Source of the DNA: Podarcis liolepis
Lineage: Eukaryota
Reading direction: 5' to 3' (one strand)
DNA length: 64,000 bases
Assembly (NCBI GenBank): GCA_965112155.1
Contig: OZ218101.1
The notes beneath the pieces were generated by a model that was given only the letters and a program-made list of their open reading frames with translations, was not told the DNA's origin and ran no database searches. The translations under genes were made by a program, and so were the position numbers. This document shows, one piece after another, positions 12,967 through 24,913 of this stretch; position 1 is the stretch's first letter; each line of letters begins with the position of its first letter.

Positions 12967-15900
12967 TATTGAAGGGAAGATTGGAGGCCTGTGGAAAAGT
13001 ACAGGCTAAGCTTCCTTCCTGTCACCTGGGATAGAGGCATTAACATGAGAAAAGGTATTGCTGACCCATCTAGGAAGGATCTTGGGCCTGGGCAGACAGG
13101 CAGAGGTTGCCATGGTGATGGGGTGTGTATCTGAGGTACCACACAAAGAGAATCTTTAGAGAAAGGTGTGCTGGGAAGAAGAAGGGGAGAGCAAAGGGGG
13201 AGATCCATCTTGGGCAAGCTGGTTGAAGGCTGACTGGGAGAGATGCCTTGCACTCCAGTGCTGCATTGCTGTGGAGAACAAGTAAGAGCTGGACTCCCTC
13301 CATGCAGACTGAAGGTGTAAATATGCAAATAAAACAGATTTCTTAAAGCAGGCTCCACTACAGCTTCAATTCTCCAGAGGAGCTCAAACCATCAGCGAAT
13401 GCCTGAAACCCCCTGGAATCTTGCTACTGCTTGGCAGAGAGTGGGGGTGCCGCCCAACCTTTGTAAGAATATGCACAATTAATACTTTGTTGGAGTGGAG
13501 TTTAATTTATAAGGAAGGAAAACAGGCAGAACCATCACTTCTTTGAGGTGAGTAGTCTCCAAAACAACCAAAAATCCTTGCTTCCAGAAGCTGATCGGCA
13601 GTGCTTCAGAATGTCCTACTTACTAAGTGGCACTGTTCACATGAGTATTCTGCTCACTGAACTGTTAAATGCACTTGGTGGCAGCAGAACGTAGTGTATG
13701 AATCACCCCATAATGAATAACAAACTAAACTTGGCAAAGATGCACCGACACGACCTAAATGCAAGCACAGTAAAGAAGCTCCGATAGCTTTCTGGTTTTT
13801 TATTTGTCTTTTAACTGGCACGTAAAACCATAAGAACTGCGGAAGAGTCTAGCTAGCTCCAATGAAACAGATTTATGTTATTGTCTATGTATTCTCTTCC
13901 ATTTATAGCCCATCTTTCTTCCACCCTGAATCCAAACATACATGTAGTTGCAGGAAGTCCCCAGTCCAGGAACTGACCAGAACTGAATTTCATATATTAA
14001 TTTAGGCCTGCTTCACAAATCATGCTAACACAAACTATGTGTGAGTGTGGAGGCTCCCAGAGAGGAGATCGCAGCCACTTTGCTTCTCATCAGTTGTTTG
14101 GCTGCTGCACCAAACTGGGAGAGCTAAACCATGATCCTAGGTTTGTACAACACATCAACCCATACCATGGGGTTGGAAAATGATTTCCCCTCAGGCACAA
14201 CTGGCCCAAGACATTTCCCTCCCCCAACCCCAGCAGCTGCACTATAACTCTAGAACTAGTCCAGAACTGGTTTTAACTAATCTGAGAGGCATTCTTGTGT
14301 ACTCGGAAGGTCATAACTGTTGGATGACACACGGCTTTGTTGGTGGCCTTCAGCAGAAACTTAGGTTGCAGTGCAGTGCCAGACTGTGGGAACTGGAGGA
14401 CCCATGGCCTTCTTCTGTAACATATGGCTTGGCTCATTTCTCTCTGTTGTCTAGAGCTAAGGATTCCCAACAGAATTTGCTTCCTTCTGCTTTCTGCTTA
14501 TGTGGTCTAAATGATATACACCAAACTTGACTCTCACTTATTGGTCTTTGGGCCCCTGTCTTCTTATAGTTCTTTGAACCAACCCCTGAGCTATCTCCAA
14601 ACCAATTTGTTCCAGACCCGCACACCTTGATTTGCAATAGAAACCTATCACACCAGAACCACCTTTGTTTGTTGTCCTCACACAGTTACCAGGTAGAAAG
14701 GTCACACTTTTACGACCTCCTCCTGTCCCGCCCTCAACTGCAACATACAGAGGTCTCTAGCAGTTGGGACTCCACAATCACAGTTCTGGATCCCATGGAA
14801 GCCTAAACACATAGAGATTAGTGTACACTGGTTTGGCAGCTGTAATACTCACACTGGTCTTGCTTTCTCCTATAAACTACTGCATAGTCAGCAACATTCT
14901 TCCTCCAACTTGCATGGCGTTGTCTTCTTGTTTTCCAGAGAACTTAAACCATATAAAATAAAAAGTGTGGAAATGGTTTTCATCTCCTAATTTTATTGCA
15001 GGAGTGCAGACACAATCCCATTTCTTCCTTTGCCTTTTCTTTCTCTAGAGCAAATGACAGATGGGTCCCCTTCCCTCCTGCCCATTACAGCCTTTGTGGA
15101 AAATGGCACAGATTTTAAGGGAAGCTTAGAATAAAGTCTTTCCCCAGAGGTAACTGGCTTTTCATCATATGTATACTGAAGAACCCTCAACCTGTTTTCT
15201 TTTTAACAAACTAGCTTAGCACTACTTAAAACATGGCCTGAAATATCCGTTGGCAACTTCCTCTTATCAGGGACCCTATGAAAGTTAAGAGGGCAGGCGG
15301 CACATGCGAGAAACGGTGTGGCCATCAATTAATTGCTCACAAACCATCATGTGCTCATAGCCTTTCAGTGCTGGCAGGAGGAAAGGCAATGGATCCAATT
15401 ATTTGTGTTTTCCCTCTTCAGAGGTTGGGTCTTGGTGGCTAGAGATGGGGGAGCTCAGTTCACATTTAAAGGCAAATCTATTAAATTCACAGAAGCAGAA
15501 TTCACAGGTCCTTCCATCCAAAAAAAAGGTAATGAGACAGGGCAGATGGGCTTGATGATAGTATCTTCACCTCTTAAAAGATATCTACAGTAACTTGTTT
15601 TTTAATCAATGCATGCATATACTTGCTATCAATTAAGTTCACAGTCCTACCTAGTACACTGTGATTCATGTTAGTTAGTAAGCAAACAATTCAACAATGC
15701 CAGCAATTCCAAAGGGGATCTTCAGTTGAAAATGTCTTATTTTAGACTCAAGGATGTGGCTCTCGCTGGCATGTGCCAGAGGGCGGCAGAAGTCTGCATC
15801 CTGGTTTTAACTAGTCACAGTGCAGGGGACTGGAAGTGACACACTGCCCTGACACACTCACTGCAGCCTGATAAAAGACGGCTGGTCGGTGTGGGAGAGT

Positions 15901-16661
15901 GTGATAGCTGCAGTAGCAGCAAAACACACACACACAAAGAGGGGGGGGGACGTGGAGAAAGAATTATTGACAAGTGCACAGCAACGAAGGACAGCTAAGA
16001 AGCAAGGAGAGAGAGAACCTCTGTCCCAGCAAAGCTGCTAGAAAATAATATTAATTGTGAGTGGGAGTCAGGGGAGAGGAGAAATCTGCAGCTACAGAGA
16101 CAAAGCAGAGGCAGAGTGAGAGAGATGTGAGAGAACAACTGTGAAAGAAAAAGAGACAGCTGAGGTTACAAACTTCAGTAGAGAGCCAAGAAAAGCTGGG
16201 AGAAGTTGTATGGGCTGATGTAATCAGAAACACCTGTATGAAACCTGGAGCAAGGAACCATTCCAGGTCTCTTAGACCTCCTGTGTGTTGGGGGGGGCAC
16301 AGGGGCTCTTACATGGAACAGGAATCCTGACACACAATGTGTTGTTATGTCCGAACCAAGAACTGCATTCACTTCAACAAACTACAGTTTAAACTGAGCC
16401 AAGATGAGAAACCGCTGTTTCAATAAACCATAGTTTGGCCCTACCCATAGTTTGGCCCAATTCAGATGTAACCAATTATGGTCAGCTTAGTTCAGGAAGC
16501 AGATGAAGATCTCTTCCTCTGGTGCATGTTGGAGGAGGGCAGAGGACAGGAGGATGCTTGAGTCCACGTCTTGAGTAAGCTAACTCCTATTATGCTAAAG
16601 TACCGTATATTTTAGCATTATGTCCAAACAGGTGTTATATGCTGACCTCCATCTTGTGGTC

Positions 16662-16692
<31 letters not shown>

Positions 16693-16878
16693 TCCCAGTA
16701 TGCTTGGCGTGCTTGTAAAAAAAAGAAAAAGTTTAGGCTGCACATGGATTTTCATGACCATGAGATGAAAAAGGTTTTATTGACAAAGTAAAACAAGGGG
16801 TTGCATTAGACAACCATTGGTACCTTTTGAGTGAGTTTCCCCCATTATGGTAAGCAAGGTAAGGCAAGGAAAGATTAC

Positions 16879-17010
16879 CTGGCTTCCTCTTCCATTTTCC
16901 AACATGATATATACATGAGCCCAATATAACGAGAAAAGCTGCAACAAGAGCTCCTTCTAAGATGAAGAAGATTAAATGAGGCAAACGTATTGTCTTCTGT
17001 GGATTAGGTT
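16879..17010 (-). CDS. CD2-like gene B, transmembrane exon (QPNPQKTIRLPHLIFFILEGALVAAFLVILGSCIYHVGKWKRKP)
   Basis: ttttag| acceptor, CAG|GTAAT donor, 132 nt, phase 1-1. Hydrophobic span followed by the basic stop-transfer KWKRK. Confidence 0.75.
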
Positions 17011-18766
17011 CTAAAATTAGAATGCAATTGTGAAAAGAATTACCTATTTTAACTTACTTCTGACAGGTAGTTTTACAAAGAGCTCTGTTTGTACTTTTAA
17101 TGACATGTGGCACTGTGTAAAACATTAATACTACCCTGTCAATTTATTTAATCATTTCAATTAACTACCTTGCGCTTAACTTTTTCATCAATTAACCATG
17201 TATAATAAATGTTACATGAAGTCAACAGAGCCTATAACTTGACGGGGGCGAGGGCAGCACACAAAACTATGTATTGTCATACAAAATCAGCTTCAGTCTT
17301 ATGCAAGCTTTCCTGGGAATAAGCCCCACTGAACTGAATGGGGCTTACTTCTGAGTAAGTATGCATAAGATTCTAGACATATCCTACCAACTCTACCAAT
17401 TCTAAAATCTTTTCATAAGGAGCAATCTTAGTTAAAACCAAGTGAATCTGTTATCAGACTGAGAAATATTCTTAAGTCTTTAAGTCAAGCCACTAGCCCA
17501 TCCAGTACAGTACCATCTGCTCTGATCCATAGCAGCTTTTAAGACCTCAGAACAATGCCTGCTACTTGATAGCCTTTTAACAAGGGTCTTTCTGCACGCA
17601 GAAGTATGTACTCTACCATGGAACTATGCTTTCTTCCTACAATACGGACAGCTTTGTTAAGTATAATTGTTTAATGTGCATTGAATTGGGGGGGGGATCT
17701 ATAATGTGCCTATATTGCACTGGGTAGCATGACTAGAAATTTCCACTGAAGCTGAAGAAGAGCCTAACAATTGAATCATGAAGTGGGGATGTATCTCTGT
17801 GCCTGGATCGCAAGATGTTTAGCTCACAGTCATATGAAAAGGATTGTATTGCAGGTCTATGCATATGCTAATCTGTAGGCATCCATCTTGGATGGGGTGC
17901 TTTCTTTGTTCCAAGTTACTGAAAAGAATGGATGTGTGAATCTCTGTCTCCAGCAAACAGCCTGGAGGCAGCAATGAAGGAGAGACAGAGCTTTGATTTC
18001 TAGCTGAGAATACAACATATTTGTAATCTAAGATATTATGGTTTCTGCTGGGAGCAGTGCAAAAAATATGCATCTAACTGAAAGTAACTTTTATTGTTTT
18101 AAGCGTCAGTTTTTATTCATCCAGCAGATTACAAATGTGCAATATTAATAGTCTCAATAGGGTTTCCCACTGAAACATAACTTGGTTTTCATTCATCAGG
18201 TTCTCCCTTATTACATGAAGCAACACCTAGCACCTGTAATTCCAGGTGCTTTTTGATACACTGTGTAAGGAGGGAAAAATAATCTCTGCTAAACTATGAA
18301 TATCATTTTCAGTTTTAGCTGCAAATCAACATTTCTAACAGTTTCTTAACAGTGAATGAACCCAATTTCTGTTGTGCCATTTTAAGGGACAGTCTACCAC
18401 ACTGTGGGCACATACTTCACAAAAAGTTAAGTGCCTGTAGGTTCTGTTGATTAGAACAGAGCAAGTCAGTCCAATTGGCTTAGCATGGCCTAAAGGTACA
18501 TAATGTTGGCAATGGCATTAATAAAAAAATAGTAATATCCTTCTATTCAGTAAAATTACCAGTCTTCTTTTATTTGAAGGTAAGTGTTATTGTACTTTAC
18601 TAAAGTATTTGCAGCAGGCTCTTGTCGAACAGAATGTATGAAAGATATACAGTTACAACAAAATTGCAGTACATATAACTGTTCCAGTGGTTGGGTTGGC
18701 TATTGCACAGATGAACCTTGTAAATACTTGCTACTCATCTTAGAGCATGGGAATGCCCATCTAATA

Positions 18767-19026
18767 CAGTGATACTTCTAGATACGAATGGGATCCGTTC
18801 CGGAGCCGCGTTCACATCTAGAAGCAAACATAACTGGCGATGGCACATCTGCGCACCCGTGCATCGCTTTTCGCCACTTCAGCGCATGCGTGTGATGTCA
18901 TTTTGAGCGTCTGTGCATGTGCAAGCGGTGAAACCCGGAAGTAACGTGCTCCATTACGTCCGGGTTGCTGCGGAGCATAACTCGAACGCGGTCAACTCGA
19001 AGCGTATTCAACCCGAGGTATGACTG
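18767..19026. mobile_element. MITE family 2
   Basis: TA-CAGTGATAC...GGTATGACTG-TA. Confidence 0.85.
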
Positions 19027-19033
19027 TACTCAC

Positions 19034-19342
19034 GTGTAAGTTCCAGTTGAATTGTGTGACTGTACTGATACACACCATCCTTGGTAAACACTTCTGCTGT
19101 GTACTGTCCGATATCCTGCACATGAGTGGGACACAAGCTCAAGCTGCCATTGTTAAGTATAAGACATCTCTTGCTGTCGTCTATGCAAGTTGTAATATTC
19201 TGGCTGTCCACCTTTCCTATTGTGATATTGCCCTTCTTCCAAATCACATCATGAAGGTGGATGGCTTGTTTCGTGATCTTCATCTCAAGGAGCATACAAT
19301 CACCAAGTGTTCCTTTGGTGAGACTAAGCTGCAGTTTGGATT
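19034..19342 (-). CDS. CD2-like gene B, Ig V domain 2 (paralog of domain 1)
   Basis: ttcag| acceptor, |GTGAGT donor, 309 nt, phase 1-1. 'GTLGDCMLLEM...VIWKKG...NNGSLSLCPT..QDIGQYT' is collinear with the 19746-20054 exon. Confidence 0.85.
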
Positions 19343-19745
19343 CTGAACACAGAGCAAAAATATAGTGGACATACAGTTTACTTCAATCCTCAAAAATGTG
19401 TGCATTAAGTAGATTTGAAAGAATTTTGAAAACTGTTATTTCACTGTATTAAAGTATTTCAATTTCAGGGGTGCATTTCAAATTTCAGCCATGAAACTGA
19501 AAGCAAAGTAGTAAATGCAACTCTCAGGGAGCTATTCAATTTGAAAATTATACTAGAACGCCTTTTAGCTGCATAATGTAACTTCTCTGCCCTCTCCCCT
19601 CCCCATGTGCCCTAAATCTGCTCCTAAATGTGTTCCTCTAACTCTCTAGCTGTTCTGGTTATTATACAGCTGAATGCTGCAAATGCATGGCACTTATTTT
19701 ATAGGAATAACACACAGTTCCTTAGAGGGCCTATCTGATACTTAC

Positions 19746-20054
19746 GTGTAAGCAGCAGTTCCTTTCCGTTTCTGTATTGAATGCGTCCATCCTCAGTATA
19801 TGCTGCCACTGTATAATGCCCAATATCGTCCAACTGGGTGGGACACAAGCTCAAGGTACCATTGTTATAGATAAAACATCTTTTGCTATGGATTGTACAG
19901 TTTGCTTCATTCTGACCATTGATCATCATCCCAATCAAGGCATTGCCTTTCTTCCAAATCACATTGTGAATGTGGATTGCTGGGTTCCTGTTCTCCAGAT
20001 CAAGGAGAATACAATCACCAAGCGTTCCATTGATGAGGCTATCCGCTTTGGATC
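19746..20054 (-). CDS. CD2-like gene B, Ig V domain 1
   Basis: ttag| acceptor, |GTAAGT donor, 309 nt, phase 1-1. 'GTLGDCILLDL...VIWKKG...NNGTLSL...DDIGHYTVAAYTEDG' follows the CD2 N-terminal V-domain pattern (GALGQDINLDI/WEK/NGTLKI/DIYKVSIY). Confidence 0.85.
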
Positions 20055-22274
20055 CTAAGCATGTCAATAAGATGCAATGGGAAGACATTTAATTCATTAA
20101 CACCCAAATTGAACAAAGCATACCAATTCATAAAACTGTGATTTCATGAAATCAAAATGTTCAGATTTCAAGAGGACATCTAAAAATTTCAGACTCAAAA
20201 CACAGCACAAAAGCAAATTCAAATCTCCATAGTAAGACATGGCTGGTAGAATTCATTTCCCAGCTGTAATCAACATAATTTCACACTTTTTCAGAAGTGA
20301 CAGCTTTTAACATAGAACATCCATTTTTAGCATTCTTATCTGACATAATAAATCCCAGGAATGTTTATACCCAATATATCTTTTGTTTCTTTCTTTGTTT
20401 AAAATATTTTATCTCACTCTTCAATTATTCCAGGGTGGTTTACAAATTGGTCTTAAAATAGTAAAGCGCCAATAATTAATATCTATCCTTTCATTGTAAG
20501 TAGTTGCAGCACCACCAGGTTTTATCCAATTGGATTCAAAGAAACCGAGAGTGGATTGTTCAAAATGGTGGGTGTAGAATGCCCTCCTGAATCCAGTAAT
20601 TGTGTCACTGGCTGCTTCTTCCAAACAGTCACTGCATGCTGAAATAGTCAACCCAGACTCAAGTTATTCCAAGCTTACTGGTGTGCCAGTATGGTGGGTC
20701 CACCCCTATAAAATGCTGAAATCCCATTAGTATGCAGTGCTGCCCCATGGAGGCTGCAACTGTCATGGTTGGACACAACTACCTATCTACATGCTCATCT
20801 GATCATGCCATAAATAAGTTTGACCATGATGCCCCTCTCTCAATAAAACATGTATAGAAAAAGGGGCATGAGCTCTGGCAAATCCTCTTTACCACCTGGT
20901 TAGTCACATGATTGTGTGTGCACAGTGGGACATAGCCAGCCACTGTTCCTGCAGTACACTGAATTATTATTTTACATCCAAGAAGAGTTCTATGATAAAA
21001 GAGGTTTGCAAAATTTCAAAATGTTGGAAATTGACAAGAGCTGTCTCAGCTAAAGAGACAGGTAAAAATACTCAAAGTAAATAAATAATAGGCCATTAAG
21101 TCCACCTCCTTGCCACTGGTCATGATTCTCCACACACTAGCATCCTGACCCCTGAGCAGTCCTGACCCCTGAGCTGACAACAAGCAGAGAACAGACTCAA
21201 AATGGACAAAGAGATAAATATCTAAAATGCTGTTAAACAAGCTATATGCTCTCTGTAACATGTTCCCTTTTCCAGGCAGTCTCACCAGAGTATTGACCTT
21301 TTCGTGGAAAATCAGCAGATTCATCCAAAGCCTTATTTGCTCGCATGCCATCACCAAAAACTGGACCAGAAATATAAAAATAATAACATTAAGAAAAACT
21401 GCATATCAAATGGTTCTTTCCACCATATGAATAGATAACCATAAATAATACTACAATCTTAAGGCAGAAATGTATTAGTTTTAGAACATGAACCTGGAGG
21501 GCAAAGTTCCTGTTTCCTAGTTGCCTCCTCATTTTGGAGTTGACACAAGGCTTTGGACATGGGCATCTCATGGACCACTATGAAAGCAAGAATGCTGGAT
21601 TGGATGAGAGTTTGGTCTGATCCAGCAAGCCTCTTCTCATAGTTTTATGTAACTATTAGAGACCTTACAACCAGCTCCAGATTTTCTTCCATCCCATCAC
21701 AATGACAGATGTGTGGACTTTAATCATAAATTTTGACAATAATAAGTATCCTTTCATTCTATATCTGTGATTGTTTTTAAAAGGCATGTTGTTTTTTAAA
21801 CATATCTGCAATCTCATTGACTTCAGTTTCTTTCTGTGATCAAAGCACCATTTTCAAAATTACTTTACCTTATTGTTTTGTCCATTATCTTATTATATAT
21901 ATATAATATATAAATATATAAAGAGATTTGGGGGAGGGGGTTGACCAATCTAGCCAAATACATTTGACTCCTCTTTTACCGAAGGACTAAATAAGCAATT
22001 TCTAACATCAATAGTAATACTGTGCATTAAACTTTTTGGAAATTTGATTATGATTCACCCTTTAAAAATGTATCCCATTCATACACCACTTACAGTTATG
22101 CTTGTTGGATTTACACTGCATTTGATGCAATTACAGCAGACTAAACCTTGGTACTCTGATATATGACAGTCACTGTCTAATCCTACACATAAGCATGACA
22201 TACCAAGTAAGTGACTTCCATGAAATATTTACTTGGTTGTAGTTCATTTACATCCAAGCCGAAAATAAACTTAC

Positions 22275-22338
22275 CTTGAAGAACAAGTATATAAACCATT
22301 GATGGGACAGGAAAAATAGAAAATGCTTGAGAGTTCAT
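22275..22338 (-). CDS. CD2-like gene B, exon 1 signal peptide (MNSQAFSIFPVPSMVYILVLQG)
   Basis: ATG at 22338, 64 nt, phase 1, donor CAAG|GTAAGT. Confidence 0.7.
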
Positions 22339-23134
22339 TTTGGTAGAATGCTGTAGCACGTACATCAGAACACAATATCCTCAGAAACATCCCTACAGTA
22401 ACAGAGCTTCCATAGCATTGCCTAGAAAAGATAAAGGGCTGCTCTATCTTGATTTTAAACTCTTCCTCCTAGGTTCAGTGTAACTTGTCAAAACAGAGAA
22501 GCATGGGAGAGTCGGTTCTTCAAAAGAGAAGCAAGGTGGTTTCAACCACTGTAAGAAATACTCTTGCAAATTGTTAGTAAATGTGTTGCTCACATGCCTG
22601 AATATACAGAAATAGTACCTTTTAAGGCAAATACACGCGAGAGCAAAAAATAGAGATCAAAGATAAGAGCTACAAAGAGCAGAGAGATGTGGACGACCAG
22701 TCCATGATTCAGAGTGGGGAACCTGAAGCAAGTGTTGAGTTGGAGTTAATGAGACTTTATTAATTAAAGTTACATCCAGCCACAGCAGAGCATTTTTACA
22801 GCAAATCCTATACATGCCTATATAGAAGTAAGTCCCACTGAGTTCAATGGGGGTTATTTCTAGGTAAGTAGACATAGCATTGATTATATAGATTCAAACT
22901 CCAATAAGCCAGTGCATTGTACCCCAAACTTGTTGACCAAACTGGAATGGTGATGTGTGAATCAGCAACCATATTGATATAGCTATAAAATAATGCAATG
23001 TACCCAAGATTAGACTCAAATATTAGTTTTCTAATAAAGTCACTGACTCCGAGCTGACCATTTATTTAATATACTTTGAACTCTTCCTTCCACATAACCA
23101 AATTCCAGGCAATGTACAGCTATTAAAACATATT

Positions 23135-23627
23135 CTGTTATAAAGCCCTATATGGCTTAGGTCCAAGCTATCTGAAATACCACATTCCCTCATATGAAGC
23201 TGCCTGGGTTTTGAGATCTTCGGGGCAGGTCCTTTTCTTGGCCCCATCACCCTCATAGGCACACTAGGTGGGAATGGAGAAAAGGGCCTTCTCGGTAGCT
23301 GCTCCCAGACTCTGGAGATTCTTCCTCCCTGGAGAATACAGACTGGCTTCCTCCTTGTTGTCCTTCCGCCATCAGGCTTTTGGGAATTGACCGCTTTAAT
23401 AAAGGGGCTGGTGCTGTGCTGTTTCTATTGCAATTGTTTGTATACCGGTATTTTAAACAAGATTTTATTATGTTAATGTTTAATTGTTTTTTAATGACTG
23501 TTCCCCCATCAATGTTTCTATGTTTTTAGCAATTTCTTGTTTTTATGTATATGCTGCCTTGAGTCCTGTCAGGGGAGAAAGGCGGGGAATGTGCAACTAA
23601 CTAAATAAATAAATATTAAATAAATAA
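23135..23627 (+). mobile_element. L2-clade LINE 3' fragment
   Basis: AAAGCCCTATATGGCTTAGGTCC (KALYGLGP); (TAAA)n tail. Confidence 0.7.
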
Positions 23628-23657
23628 GCAGCAGTAGTAGTAGTAGTACTGTGGTAC

Positions 23658-24355
23658 TAAAGGGAGATGGGAAAGGTTTCTCTTAATATTTTATTCTGTT
23701 GCTCTTAAATATTATCTACACATAATAAATTCCTGCACTCTGCTAGGATGGTTAAAACAGCCCAAAAATTGCAGTAGCTTGCAAAAGCCTAAACCAGCTA
23801 CTTGAAACTGCTGATGCTAGCTACAGGTCAGAAGGTCGCTTCCTGCCTAGCCAGAAACTGCTGTTAACTAGAAAAACCACTAGCAAGATGTTTCCTGTTT
23901 TACTTCTGCTTAGTAATGCAAGAAGAAAACCACTAGCAAGATGTTTCCTGCTTTTACTTCTGCTTTTAAGTAATGCAAGATAGGAAGAGATACGAAGGAA
24001 ATGCTTAACTAGCAAAAGAAGACACGTGTACAAGGAGGTGGGAGGGAGTGCTGGCTTAGCAGAAAGACAGGAATGATTTAGCAAGCAATATTTTGTGTTT
24101 AGCAAGCAATATTTGCTAGTCGATTGGGGAAGTCCGGCGGGTATAAGAAAGTCTGTTGAAGTGACTTGCTTTACAGCCAGAATATTTTTAGGAATTATCC
24201 AGTTGGCTGTCTCTGAGTACAGACCTTGACTCTGTGCACAGAATCTCAATAAACTCTTTTTCTCCAAAGAAGATTTTGCTTTCCTGGTACTTTTGTTCCC
24301 TCCGAGGTCCAAGGGAACTGCGTGGCTAATGGATCCCTAGGTAAATAAGGCTTCA
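23658..24355 (+). repeat. ERV 5' LTR
   Basis: TAAAG...CTTCA; inverted CCAAT at 24123-24127, TATAAGAAA at 24142, AATAAA at 24248-24253; tandem ~52-bp U3 duplication at 23872-23980. Confidence 0.97.
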
Positions 24356-24361
24356 TCTCTC

Positions 24362-24379
24362 TGGGGGCTCGTCCGGGAT
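24362..24379 (+). promoter_or_regulatory. primer binding site, tRNA-Pro
   Basis: TGGGGGCTCGTCCGGGAT, the MLV-type Pro PBS, 6 nt after the LTR end. Confidence 0.95.
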
Positions 24380-24572
24380 CAGCCCCCTTCCCAAATACGG
24401 ACCGGAGGGCCAGGCTCAACCAAGGTGAACAGCTCCAATCGGCGTTCGCATTTCCGGTGCACACCCTGCCAGTTTGTAGGGGGAGATTGCCACACCGTCC
24501 TGGAGCAGAGACATCTGGTTGAGGGAGAATAAGAAGACAGAACGGCGCCGAGGGGACAGGTCCGCAGCGGAG

Positions 24573-24581
24573 AAGGTAAGC
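24573..24581 (+). promoter_or_regulatory. ERV major splice donor
   Basis: AAG|GTAAGC in the leader about 200 nt after the PBS, as in gammaretroviruses. Confidence 0.75.
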
Positions 24582-24913
24582 CCGAGGGAAAGGGCTAGGG
24601 GCCCGAGGGAAAGGGCTAGGGGCCCGAGGGAAAGGGCCAGAGGTCTGATCAGCCTCACCTGGTAGTTGGCAGTAAGAATGCCACCAGGAAAGGAATTGGT
24701 AAAGGTTTGGGAAAGGGAATGGGGCAGAGGGAATTGAGTGTTTTGTTGATATGTTGTGTGTCAGATACTCTAGTGGATGAGTTGTTGAATGAGGGCTAAG
24801 GCTTAGTGTTCCCTTGGCCGAGCGATTGTAGGATTGTGCATTTTCTGACAAACTGTAGCATGTGGAGTGTGAAAGAATTTTGAAACCCAGTTAAGAGGAG
24901 AGTATCTGAAAAA

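Noticed and set aside
14690-16234. Alternative candidate tail exons for gene B (near 14690-14802 and 16175-16233)
   Set aside because: Acceptors are plausible, but each hits a stop soon and has no independent support.
23821-24312. 163-aa antisense ORF duplicated at 29467-29958
   Set aside because: It lies in the LTRs, so duplication follows from LTR identity. It crosses enhancer repeats and has no protein-like features; no evidence for an HBZ-like antisense gene.
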